In this document: positions 1-12,298 of the stretch, one piece after another
Layout: every line of letters begins with the position of its first letter
Position numbering within the stretch: the first letter of the stretch is position 1
Assembly: GCA_010015585.1 (NCBI GenBank)
Contig: ML975151.1
Source of the DNA: Eremomyces bilateralis CBS 781.70
Taxonomy: Eukaryota
Strand: one strand, 5' to 3'
Length of the DNA stretch: 64,000 nt
The notes under the pieces: model-generated
The model's database searches: none
Told to the model about the DNA's origin: nothing
What the model saw: only the letters and a program-made list of their open reading frames with translations
Translations under genes and position numbers: made by a program

Positions 1-274
1 GGACCCACTGAGCCCTGCCAGGGTTTCTCACACCCTGAGGGTCAACCTTCAACGTCCTGCGTAAATAATACATACATATGCCATGACTATCTGGTTTCAT
101 ACCGAGAAATTGCATTTCAATCACTTCTAGAACAGACCTGCCTTCAAGTTTGCCACCTGGGCCATCATCCGAACGATCCTATGCGCCCTGGAGATCCTCA
201 GCAATGTGAATCACCCTCTGCGCCCGGTTCCTTTAATCCGAGCAAACCGAACTGAACATCAGGACAACCTCATC

Positions 275-2134
275 ATGGCGGCCTTCAAATTTACAGCCAA
301 CCCTATCCAGATCGCGAGCTATGTTGGAGGTGTCGCACTCTTCAGTATCTCCTTCCTCGTCTTCCTCAACTCGAGCATATCGTTCGTGATCACCGACCGG
401 ATTGGATTGAAGGATGGCGTCGGAGATGCGGTTGGCACACTGGGATTTGCAGATGAACTTGTCGCATTGGTCGCTTGTCCTATCTGGGGTGTTCTCAGCG
501 ATCGTATCGGCGTGAGGTTGGTGGCGGTAATCGGATATTTGATTGTCGGCCTCAGTTTGATGCTGCTGGTTCAAGCGACGAACATCTATCCACAGCTCTT
601 GCTGGCACGGTTGTTCTTCAGCATTGGAGGTGCTGCAACGTACGAAACCACAATCGGAGTCAACGACATAGGCTAATTTTACCTCAGCGCAACGATGGTC
701 ACCGCAATTCTACCCGCCATGACTTATGAGAAACCCAATGATGGACGTACACAAGATACCTTCCCGTCAAATATGCGGTCACACCGTCATAGTGTAGCAC
801 CGTCGGTCTCTTCCGAACTCACCATTACCCCCGCTCGATACCGTACACAATCACCGTTGTTCGAAGAATCCTCGAATTCAAAGAATTCTCCAGCCGCTGC
901 TGCATCCCAGCTGGCTGGAGTGGTGGGGATGTTCACCGGGCTAGGAGCGCTGATTGCGCTGCTGATATTCCTTCCTCTACCTGCGACGTTCCAGAACCGA
1001 GGAGACGCCCCCAGTGATGCTGTTGCGAAAAGCTTCTACGTTGTCGGAACCATTTCCTTTGTGGTTGCGGCCTTCTGTTTCCTAGGACTGCGAGATCTCC
1101 CTGGCGAGGACGGAAAAGGCTGGCACCATGTTGGATCTTATCTCCACCAATTCAAGTCAAACCCCGACGTTGGATATGAGGAGTTAACACCGGACCTCCC
1201 ACCTTATCACCGACTTCTCTACAGAGCGTTCGTGCTCGGCTTCAAAGACGTTAACATCGGACTCGGATACCTCGGCGGATTCGTTGCGAGGGCGTCATCC
1301 GTTGCAATATCCCTCTTCATTCCTGTCTTCGTCAATGCCTATTTCATCTCGTCTGGATTGTGCTCCGGTGACTCAGGGTCGGACATCAGGCATCAGTGCA
1401 ACCGAGCCTACAAAGTAGCTGCAGCACTTTCTGGCGCCAGTCAACTTGTCGCGCTTCTCTGCGCGCCAGTGTATGGATATCTCTCCAGCAAGTACGTTCG
1501 TTTCAATGAACCTCTCCTGTTGGCGGCTATCTCGGGAATCGCGGGGTACCTGTCGTTCGGCCTTGTCAGGAACCCCGATTACAATGGCGAGGATGGAAGC
1601 GTGGGCGTCTTCTTTATTGTTGCGCTATTGGGAATCTCGCAGATTGGAGCAATCGTGTGCAGTCTTGGGCTCCTTGCACGCGGTATCCAAACTTCAGAGC
1701 CTCAAGTTAGGAAGACAGCAAATGGCGAAGCCGGCGACGGTCATTCTGTGGGAGGATCGGACAGTATGAGCAGCACACGAGTCGTGTCGCCATCTATCAC
1801 TTCTAATGGGCTGAGGAATCCATTAGATGAGACCGGTTTGGAAACAACAGACGGCACCATAGAAACGCAACCACTTCTTTCAAACCCCCCTCCCGAAACA
1901 TCCACAAGCGAAGATAGGAGGCAACTCAAAGGATCAATAGCAGGGATCTATTCTCTGGCTGGCGGCGCAGGCATTCTTCTACTCACCAAGGTCGGTGGTG
2001 TGCTGTTCGATAAGTGGGATAGAGGAGCGCCATTCTTCTTGATGGCGATCTTCAATGGCATTTTGTTCTGCCTTACCACGGGCTACGCCTTCATGGAGTT
2101 TGTCCGGCCAATGGCGCAGCGAAATATGGATTGA
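275..2134 (+). CDS. MFS transporter (2 exons; intron 640-687)
   Basis: Many hydrophobic helices; MFS motif A-like GVLSDRIGVR. Intron GTACGA...GCTAAT...CAG joins ORFs 206-676 and 695-2134 in frame. Confidence 0.85.
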
Positions 2135-2419
2135 GGAGCAACGGAAGAAGGGTCCATTCGGCGCAAAAAACGAGTTTTCCACTTCCTCGGATTACCAGCA
2201 TCAGCCAAAACAACATGGCGACAGGGAGACGGTGGAGTTGAAGGTTTATGATGATACGAGTTCATGTTTTTGCTTCTTCTGTAGCGTAAGATACCCCGTG
2301 TACTGTATACCACGGCATCCTCAACAATATACCACTTGGGTCTCATGATTCCGTTGCCATGTCTCCAATGCAATGAGCCAGCTTCGCAAAACGCCCGTAT
2401 GCAAGATCAAAGCTCCTTC

Positions 2420-3052
2420 CTATCGCTTCCCTTTCTTCTTCTTCTTCCCACCACCACCGGTCCCGCCTCCGCCTGCTTTTGTATCCTTCTTCTCTGGCTG
2501 TGCCTGGGCAGCGGTCCCGGAGCGCTTCGCTGAAGGTTCCCCTCCAACATCTTCTATCCCAACATCGCCGCCGTCTGCTGCATCCTTCGTGGCCTCCCCT
2601 TCCTCTTCAACTGGCAAAGCTGCCATATGCCGACCCAGTCTGCCGGCAGCGGCGATCAGCCTCCCTACTTCGGGAGCTTTATTAGTCGTATATTTGAGGG
2701 ATACTCCGGCGTCCGGGCTGTATGTTTTCAGGGTGAAGGAGGCTGTTGTCTGGGGTTCGGAGATGGTAGGTTTGGTGGGGTTCGGATCATTGGAACTTGA
2801 AACGGCCTCAGCTGCAGTCCCTTCGCTGGCACCATTTCCTTTGCTTTCAAGTCGTTCTAGTCGCCGAGCATGCTTCTTTAATCGCGACTTCGAAGGACGG
2901 ATCACGGAGTACTTGGAGGCGACGTGGGTCTAGGGACGATGGGGTTAGTTATGGAGTTGCCCAGGAGCGGGTCCACGTACGGATGTCGGGTAGGCTTGGA
3001 TTAGGAGCGCGGATTGCTCAAGCCATTCTTGGCTTGTTGAGAAGGTAGGCAT
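2420..3052 (-). CDS. SRP21: Signal recognition particle SRP9/SRP21 subunit (intron 2930-2980)
   Basis: MPTFSTSQEWLEQSALLIQAYP, then LKTYSPDAGVSLKYTTNKAPEVGRL typical of SRP9/21; C-terminal GGGKKKKKGKR. Confidence 0.85.
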
Positions 3053-4516
3053 ATTTTCGTTATGGTATCCAAACGTCAGAGGCGTTGGTGCATGTTCGAC
3101 TTCCTGGTTGACGGTTGTATCGTTAATATTTGGGGCTCGTGGGAGTGGCACGGGTAAACTTACCTTGGCCAGGCAGGTCCTGAATCAGCAAGTTTTGCCG
3201 AATATATCCCATGTCTTAGTAAGTCATAGGTCGAGGGTCCTGGTCGAAGATGGGAGGCCCGCCTCTATTGATCTCTCTTTGTGCCAAGGCATACATATGT
3301 AGGCTACTAAAAGAATTAGTGTCAATTTAAAGGCCCTTTTCAGCCAGTCATAGCTGTTTACATTATTAAAATAATGTACTAAATCACTAAAGTATTTTAT
3401 TATCCAATAATTCAAAGTAATCAAAGCGATTCCCAAATTCACCCTCCTGGCCCTATCTTAGTAAGACGTACCTCTAGCCTCTAGGGCCCCCAAGATCCCG
3501 ATGCGCATTAGCCACTCACTCTGTCACTCATGATTTGTATGACAATCTCAACTCAACTCAACTCACTCATGATATGGTCTCTACCAAAGCTTTAAGCTGC
3601 TAAGTGGAGTGAATTCTGCGTCCGGGCTCCCCGTACAGCTAATGATTCTCTAGCAATGTGGGACACTCTCACTAGATATTTATTTTCCCATACACTTTTG
3701 CCACCAAAGGAAACATTTCTCAATCGCAATCTGCATCAGCCAGATCGTAGAGGGTAGAAAATTGATGGTCCGAAAGCATATCCCTAGGGGTCGAAAGCTC
3801 AGCCAGTGCCTGCAGTTATCATACATCTTACCTTTCTAAAGATATAATGAGGATTCCCTTGTATACTCCTTTCAGTTTATTAGGTCGATTCGGTTCTCAT
3901 TTCGCATAGGATTGAGGACGCCAAAGGCGACGGACCATCAATGCCATCCCTGATGGGTCACTCATAAAGCTTCATTCACAGGTATTGTCTTCGTTATGAA
4001 CCTGGTGATTCTTATAGAGGTTGATTTCTGTTACATCAAACCCTCCGTTCCTATAAGCTATGCTGCAAGACCTATGTTACAGTCGAATGGCTATTTGAAC
4101 ATGCCAATTCCCTCGGGGGATGCAGATTCATTGGTAAAAAGAACAAAAGGAAAAATAACTCCAGACCTCTGTCATGTTATCGCAAGGAGTCCTTCCTAAT
4201 GAAATTCCTACCTATCCTCCTCAAAAATAGGTGCCGCATGCTAAGAAAAGCGCATTGGAGAAATCAAGAAAAAGGGTTCCGTGCTGAAGAAGAGTGAGTC
4301 AATGAAACCGATATTCTCGCCCATTGAACGTAGAATGCTCTTGAGACAGGAAAGGGTTGAAGAAAGTTGAAAATATTCCACGAAACCAGAACTCCATCTT
4401 CCATGAGGAAAAGTCAACGCCATTGGTCATGGTCATGAACATCGGAATCCGTTAAGAAGAAGGAAACCCCACCTTCCCAGGACAATTCGTAAAACACATC
4501 ATAAACCTCCACATTT

Positions 4517-7500
4517 TCATCCCTTTCTTTCCACGCCTGCCACTTTCCCCGTCCGGCTCTCCAACCAACCTCCCAACAACCCATCCAGCGTCTTCCCCAT
4601 CTTATCCAGATCCCCTCGCTCCTGGTCGAACAGGCCTGCCATGATCGGATGCTCAGGGCCGACGGGGACGACGCCGTTGAGGTCGTGGACCACGAGTAGC
4701 AAGTCGCGAACGGGCGCGGGATCATCGAGGAAGGCTCGCAGGTGCGCAGCGGAGAAGGGGGGCGTAACGGGTCGGGGAGGTGCGGAGGGGATCGAAGAAT
4801 GCTGGAATGCTGAGTCGTGTTGGGCTGCATGCATGTCTTTTTGTTGATAATCGGGGGTCGCCTGGGAGGGGAAAGCACCAGGAACAGCACTGGGAGTCGG
4901 AGTCATGCTTGGGGATGGGGAGAATGGAGATGAGACTGCTAGATCGAGGGCCGCTTGTGGCGTTGGAGGTGGACGCGTCGGCGGAGGAGGGAAGCTTTGG
5001 CTTGTGGCAGCGCCATTCGCGTCGAGAGAAGAAATATCATGCATGGATGGCGATGACCCAAGCGAGTCGTTTTCTTCCTGACTTGACGTGTCCCCTACGA
5101 GAGCGGGGGGCTGCGACAAGTCGCCATTATGATCGTCCACAGGAGATATCTGCACAGGCGATTCGGAAAGTCGCTCGGCGATCTCTCCTCCCCCAGTGTT
5201 TAGCACTTCCTGTCGTTGCGGAGCACCGGAGTTCACATGCATGTCTGTCGGCTGCTCAATCTCATCTAGAGACGAGTCGAAATCGTCCAATTCCATCCTT
5301 GTCTGCGCCGGCTTGACACGAATAGGCTTAGATGAGTTGGAGGATTGTACGTTGTGAGCCTTTGCATTCTCCAGACTGTCGACAGGCCTGAGCCGCAGAT
5401 TCAGTTTTTCGTCTCGGTTTGCGTCTGTGTCTGGTTCAATGAGTCTCATCGTCTGCTGCGCGCCGTTGGATGATACGACAGGCGAATGTGGCTGTGGAGA
5501 TGTGCCTTCGGGTGAACGATCCGCAGACTGAGCTCCAAACGGAGATAGATCGCCTGGACGAGGCTTTTGCAGCTTGCCACGACTCCCACTGCGCTGGAGC
5601 CGATCGCCATCGGCAGGTTGTACGGTACCGCCGCGTTCGGTTGGCGAGAGTTCTTCAGAGACCCTAGCCGAGCCCCGAATGTACTCCTCGGACGATTTCT
5701 CGTAGGACACCTTTTCGTCTGAGCCATCCGAGTCCGCAGGCTTGCCTTTCTTGTCTTTGCGCTTGAAGAGTCCGCTGAGCATTCCTTTCTTTTCCTTCTT
5801 TTTCTTGTCCTCTTTAGCTTTGTCCGGCTGGAGGTTCTTTTCGATGCTATCGAAACTAGTACCGCGTTCTCTAAATTCAGCAGGGCCCCTGTCTGCATCC
5901 CTGAGCAGATTCGGGGTGAGGGTGATTTTCTTGGTCTCCACGGTATTGTCCTTGAAAAACGAGTCCGTGTTGCGGATTGTGCCGTTTCTGGATTTTCCAG
6001 GCCCAGAGTCTATGTTCAGTTAGTACGGGATATTGGTAGAGGAATTTGAAGCACTCACATTGCCGGTCAAAAATCTCGTCGCTTGTCCTCGCGCTATCCA
6101 CGTCCTTCCTTCTCTCCTCATCTGCGTTGTCAGAATCTATATTCTGCAGATTCTCGGTCGAGGTCTCCTTTGAAGCTGATTTCACATTTAATGGAGCGAT
6201 ATGCGAAACATCTCCTCGATCTGGTTCGTCAATCAACTCATCAGACTCTTTGGTCATGATGCCATGGGCACCGGCCAGTTCTCCCAGTTCATCGTCCTCC
6301 TCCTCGTCGCTGCTGCTGTATTCATAGTCGGACGCGTCGAAATACGTGGCCTGCGGAGTGCTGAATTGGACAGTTTTTGCGTTCCGCCTGCGGATAGCTT
6401 TCTTTAACGGGTTTTTGGATTTCTCCGTATTGTCACTGAGCATGGTGGCGGCGAGCTGATGGAGGGGCCATGTGAGCTACAGATTTCACACTAAGCACAA
6501 ACGGATTTTCCAAGACTTACATCAATGTTCCGATGCTTATTGAGGCGAGCTAGCCTCTCGGTAGGTGTTTCAATGTGCTCGGCCGGAAGGTATCCTGTAC
6601 GGAAAGAATATGACACGTTAAATCGTACCTACAGAATTAGACGCCCTGGAAGGGACGTGACCTACCTATCGAGTTATCCTTGACTACCCTCACCAACCAC
6701 CAGTAGCTATTGCTATCGTCAAGCAATACCATGGTGTCACCTTTCGTTGCATTGGCCTGGCCTTCGACGGTCGCAACAAATGTATGGAGGGCGTATACGA
6801 ACTCGAAATCGATATCCTCTGAACCATGTAAGCTGTCGACGCTCTGAGATGCGTGTCCGTCCTGGATTTGGGCTTGCGGATTTCCAGAAGAAACTAGACT
6901 AGGACTTGAACGAAATATGAGCAGTGGAGTTGCGGGGTCATCATCATCGTGGCTGTCCATGGCGGTTTCAAAACTGTTGACCGATCCCTCACTGGCGGTC
7001 TCCCAGGTTTCATCGGCCGGCTCAGGCGAATATGGGCGGTCCACGGTTGGAACGAGCAGGTCTCTGCTATCCTCGGGGAGAAGGGGGTCCATACTAGGGA
7101 GCAAGAAGTGAGAGAATGACACTTCTCGTTCCACAAAGCGAGCGGCGGGAGCATCTGTGCTGTTAGCAGTGACAGGTCCTTTGTGGGTTGGGAGTGGCAG
7201 TGAATCCCGTTTCCTTAGCGGCGGTATCGGCAACGGCCGCGGTGCCTTGCAGATTCCAGTGGGTAGTCTTACCCGGACCTTCGGTAACGTTGCGGAGTCT
7301 TCGCGCGGGATGTCGCGTGGGTGCCTCGATGCCATATTGGACGGATACTCACCCTGATGATGATAACTACCAAAGGGAGTAGGTGGACGGACTTTGAGAG
7401 CGAAAGGAATTTGTTGCGACGTAGACGCAGACGGCGAAAAGAAATCGAAGTTGGAAGAGGTATCCATAGGACTGTCCAATTGGCCATCCTTGGATTCCAA

Positions 7501-8264
7501 TGGAAGATAATCTGGAGTTGATACGTAGGGCGAAGATGAAGCGGGTGTTGAGCTAGGACTAACGGAACTAGGGGTTGAGTTGAAAACAGGAGAAGGAGAC
7601 GCGGTAGACGGTGTGGAAGGATCCGGCAAATTCCTGGTTGGTGTAGAGAACGGAGGAAGAGAAGAACTGCGGAGAGGCCATTGCGAAGGGGTAGTGGAAC
7701 GGGTATACCCACCATCGTCGATTGAAGGGGAGCTGGAGATTTTGTCCATCATATCATCATCCATCCCATCGTCTGCATCCGCATCCCCCGGTTCTTCCTC
7801 ATGCGACCCACTGTGGCCTCCGTTTTGTTGGATTGCTGAGTCGTCTCTCTGATATACCTGGTGTTGATCATGCACGCCGTTCTCGAACAGCACGTGCTCG
7901 TCGTCCGATGGCGGTTCATTGTGCAAATTACCATCGGTAGGATTCCAAGCGTGGGATAACTGTTCCTCCTCGGAATGCCGTTCTTCTTGCATGTGGCGGA
8001 CCGCAGCCGCCTGATGCGGAGCAGTCTGGCCAATTCCTTGCGATGCAGGATTCTGCGCTTGTCGAGAGTGGTCTTGCGCAGATGGGAAAATATGGTCTTG
8101 TAGGTCGATCGTGTCTTTGACGTATGCGATTAGCAGGGATATTCGATTGAGCGAATCGGTCGGAGATGATATGCTGGGCATTGAAAGAGGGGAACAGCAT
8201 TGTCGGAATATAGAGGAAACAGTCAAAATCTCTTACCAGCTCTGATAATGTGCGGGCGCGTCAT
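4517..8264 (-). CDS. teaC: SH3-domain cell polarity protein, Tea4/Bud14/TeaC family (multi-exon)
   Basis: MTRPHIIRA|DTIDLQD start; SH3 EDIDFEFVYALHTFVATVEGQANATKGDTMVLLDDSNSYWWLVRVVKDNSIG|YLPAEHIETPTERLARLNKHRN; KTVQF PP1-docking-like (RVxF) motif. Confidence 0.85.
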
Positions 8265-8930
8265 TATGAATGGAGAGTCGCCTGCGGACTCCGGGGCAGA
8301 CAAGTGTTATGGCGGCTGAAACAAAGAACAGGCATGTGCCGCCGGTGGAGATAGGCTCGGTCGGTTGTCGAGTGAGTGATGCGATATTGGAAACGTTGGA
8401 TTTGTTCGAAGGCTATCGCGGTCGTAGAGTATGTACCTCAGGTTGTGGACGGGGATGTGTTGCACATATGGCGCTCGGGTCGCAAGTTGAAGGGAGGAAG
8501 GGAGTAGAAATGTAAAGGAGTCCGAGAGCGAACGACAGTTCCAGCGAATGCGCGGGAACGATAGACAGAATTGGGAGCGGAGAGCAAGGCGCTGTTACAA
8601 CAGACGCAACATTCGACTCTCCAACTGTTTACAAAGTGATAGGCGAAGAAAGTTGGGGTGATGATAATAGGAGGAGGTGAGGTTTCGAGGCTGGTCCAAG
8701 TGTCAGAGGAAAGGGGCACGGTTCACACTTGCCTCCACTCAGCCAGACGTCTCAAAGAATTTCTGCGGGGAGAGCGGAGCCGAGTTGGTCGGGGATGGAA
8801 AAACAATGTGAGCGAACACGATACGCCGGGGAAATTTTCCGGGCAACGGGGTAAGGGAGTGAGTACTATGGAAGAAGAAGTAACGAAAAGTTAGAGCATT
8901 TGGAAGACACTCAATCAGCTAGATAAAGAG

Positions 8931-8990
8931 TGTGGTGTTGGTGGTGTTGGTGGTGTTGTTGGTTGTGTGGTCATTGTGGTGGTGGTTGGA
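8931..8990. repeat. Imperfect (TGGTGT)/(TGG) low-complexity tract upstream of teaC
   Basis: tgtggtgttggtggtgttggtggtgttgttggttgtgtgg seen directly. Confidence 0.6.
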
Positions 8991-9965
8991 AGTTGGAAGA
9001 GGAGGAGAGGCGAGATTAAAGTTTGGCGGAAAGTTGGTTTGGACCTGAGTTAGTACGGCTAGGTCTAAGAAGGACAGGCTGATACACTAAATCTCTTAAG
9101 CTAATTAATGACGATCAGCGATGAACCAAGATGATGAAATGTGGGTGTACTAGTTGAAACTTAAATTCAGACTTCTGTTCATCTGCTAGCGAAGAGATGG
9201 AGAATCAATCAATCCGTTCAATCGTGAGAGTGACATAAAGATTGCCAGGATACTCCGTACTGGTCCAATAATGACTCCAATCTCCAATCTGAGACGCGCC
9301 CTTGCAGAGTAAAAGCTAAGTAAAAAGCCCCTCCTCCCCAACTTCATACTACGTATCTGTGAAGTCGTCCAAAATAAAGAGTTCTTACAAAAGTAACTCT
9401 GTTGGGATCTTCCTGACTCAGCTGATGGAGATGCCCCAGAGCCTCACTTGGGTGGTTTCTTTCCCTGATTCCATTCTGATGAGAGACATTCGGTTGTGAT
9501 GTTAGCTAATCGTTTCCATCTCTAGTGGAACACCGATGTCGCTCTTGATCGTCAGTATACCGGTATCGTATGCATTCTGAAGCTGGAGGGAGAAGCTCCA
9601 GGTGCACTGCTCTACTCTTTCCACTACATAATCAGTCTTATACATCGCTTACAATCCGACAGTGGCATCGTTATTGTAATTCATATACATGTCCTGTTTT
9701 TCAACACCATTAGTTCACTATATTGGGTTGCTGTGTCCGCTAAATTAGCATCGACGACCGACGGCACTGAGCCGCATGACAACGTTGAGCAACGTCCCCT
9801 CCCTCTGAGTCACACCATCCATCTTGCCAGTCCATACACAAAATCGCCATCCTCCTCCCATTGCAATCTTCACTATTTCCGGATTCAGGCCTGTTTCAAC
9901 TCATCCGTTGTCGTGTGACCTTCTCGAATCGTCGGATTGTGTTCATCAAGGCCGTGGAACGACTG

Positions 9966-11111
9966 ATGATACCGATTCGGAACTGCCTTGTGCTGCGACC
10001 CTATAGATCGGCCTCCTTCTTGAACATCAAGCGGTTACTTGGGGGAATGTACACTTCGAAGCAGAATCTGCCCCATGAAGAACGGACGGCTAGTGAGCCT
10101 CGGGGTTCCGATCTGCATACCGTGAAAATCCGGTCGGTAAAGCAAGTAAATCAAGATATACGCGTGTTCAAGTTGGGGATTGAGAGCGGTCCCGGAATCC
10201 AGGTGTGATCATTGTCCCTGGATTTCTTTCCTCTTTGGAGAGTGCTTACTGATTTGGTGTCAGTTCCGCCCTGGGCAATGGCTGGACGTTCATGTCCCAT
10301 CTGTCCCGAAAGCTGGCGGCTTCACCATCACCTCACCCCCTGAAGCGGCCCTACCACCCGAGGATGTGAGCGAGGATAGACGAAAGACTCTGACAGACTT
10401 GATCGAGAACGACCATGCCGGTCCGTACCTGGAGCTTGCCATCCAGTATTCGTCAGAGAATCCTCCTGTAGACTGGCTGTGGCAGCCGCCCGATATCCTC
10501 ATGCATCAGAACTTGAACGTTCGCGTTGGTGGAAGCTTCGTATGGCCGCCGGCTGAGATTCCTCCAGAAACGATTGAAGGCGCGATTTTCGTCGCTGGCG
10601 GTGTTGGTATCAAGTACGCTCACTCCAAGACATCCAGAACCCGCGAAGCACAATCAATGCTGCGATCCATCTGACCCCTTATAGTCCGCTCATCTCCATG
10701 CTCACCCACCTCTCCATATCCGGCCCGTTCCCTCGAAAAGTCCACATTATCTACAGCACCAAATGTGAGCCCCTTATCTCTCCACCGGAGATCCTCTTCC
10801 TCCCGCGCCTCATCGCGCTTGCAGACCGCCATCCGTCCGATCTCTACCTCCAGCTGCATGTCACCAGCATCGAGCGCGCTAAGTCATCCGTCGAAAAGTT
10901 GTGGGCGTGTGATCATCTTCGATTACAGTTCGGTCGAGTGAAGCGGGTGGCGATTGCGAACGTGGTGGAAGGTTGGAGAAGGGAGGAGGTGAGCCCGAAG
11001 CGCTCGGTCGGTTATGTGTGTGGGCCACCAGCGATGACGGATAAAATGGTTAAATGTTTGAAAGACATGGGATTACCAAAAGAACGGGTGTTCTGTGAGA
11101 AGTGGTGGTGA
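9966..11111 (+). CDS. FAD/NAD-binding oxidoreductase, OXNAD1-like/ferredoxin-reductase family (introns ~10204-10263 and ~10614-10684)
   Basis: FRPGQWLDV, GGFTITS, FVAGGVGI, YVCGPPAM, terminal CEKWW; basic N-terminus resembling a mitochondrial presequence. Confidence 0.85.
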
Positions 11112-11294
11112 TGACTGCCAGTGCATTCCAGTCTCTTTGGATTAATTCTTAGCGCACATCACATGAAAGGAACCCTCGCACTCATTCTATCTGCTAGACA
11201 GCAAATGGACAATCAGACGAATTTTCCCTCATGACTGCAGCATTTGAACCCATCTCTCATTCATTGGTTTCCTTTTCACGTCCAACCACATGGC

Positions 11295-11709
11295 CTACAC
11301 TCTAAATTCACTCCACCACGTCGACCGATCCACCAACATCCCCCTGGCGTCGAATTTCACCCCCTCCCCCTCCAGCAGCCCCAGCTTTTTCTCGCAGTTA
11401 ACTCCACTCGGCGCTTTCTGCCAGTCGCCCTGGAATCCGCCGATGTACTGTCTCACACCCATATCATCAGCCTTTATGGGCAGGAATCACCGACCCTGGG
11501 GACCCAGGGACACTTACACCAGTGCTCGCGATGCAGCGATGGCAGGGCACTTCGGGCGCAAACGGGTTGTTCCTCAACGCTCCGCCGACTGCCCGTGGCG
11601 AGCTGCCTAATGCCTTCGCCATTGCAGCGTACGAGGTGATTTTGCCTTCAGGGATCTGTTGGAGAAGGGCGTAGACGCGGGTTTGGAACTCGGTGACTTG
11701 CTTGGACAT
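11295..11709 (-). CDS. O6-alkylguanine-DNA alkyltransferase (MGMT C-terminal domain only, 114 aa; intron 11448-11517)
   Basis: IPEGKITSY, SPRAVGGALRNNP and active-site VPCHRC; exon 2 YIGGFQGDW...KLGLLEGEGVKF. Confidence 0.88.
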
Positions 11710-12298
11710 GATGTTTGCGAGGGTGTCTCGAATGAACGGGTGAGCTATTGCAATGACTTGGAATAAAACAGTGGTTTAATTAGGGCTTGGCTGTTGGATT
11801 CATGAAATGTTCACTTTCTATCTTTCGAAAAGGATTGTCCCGAGACGCGTCCAGACCGCGCCTTATGAACACGAGAATGACTCGATGTCACATGTGGAGG
11901 ATGCTTTCAAATTGACCAATTACACTGACACGGGGTACAGCAGGAAATTTCCCCAGAAATACCTACAGCGGAAGGTCGAGTATTCTGCACCCTGTATTAT
12001 TGGAATTTAAATGATGAGGTTATTGAACATGGTTATGATGGTCCCGTGTAGAGACAGCGATGTTAAATGAGCAGTTCACAAGGTGCGGTCGTAAAAGGGG
12101 GCTGGGAAACTTGAGGCTGAATCGCTGGTCTCTGCAGAAAAATGATGCCTCAGGCACAAAGGCATCGGTTTGTTCCGCCGCCTAGCCTGGTACCGTCTGG
12201 TTGCTATCGATGACAGTCGGAGTTTTGGCGGCTCGAAACTTCCAGGCTTCAACTGACGTTGTTCCTGCAATCAAGCTGGTTATACATCAACCGCCACA

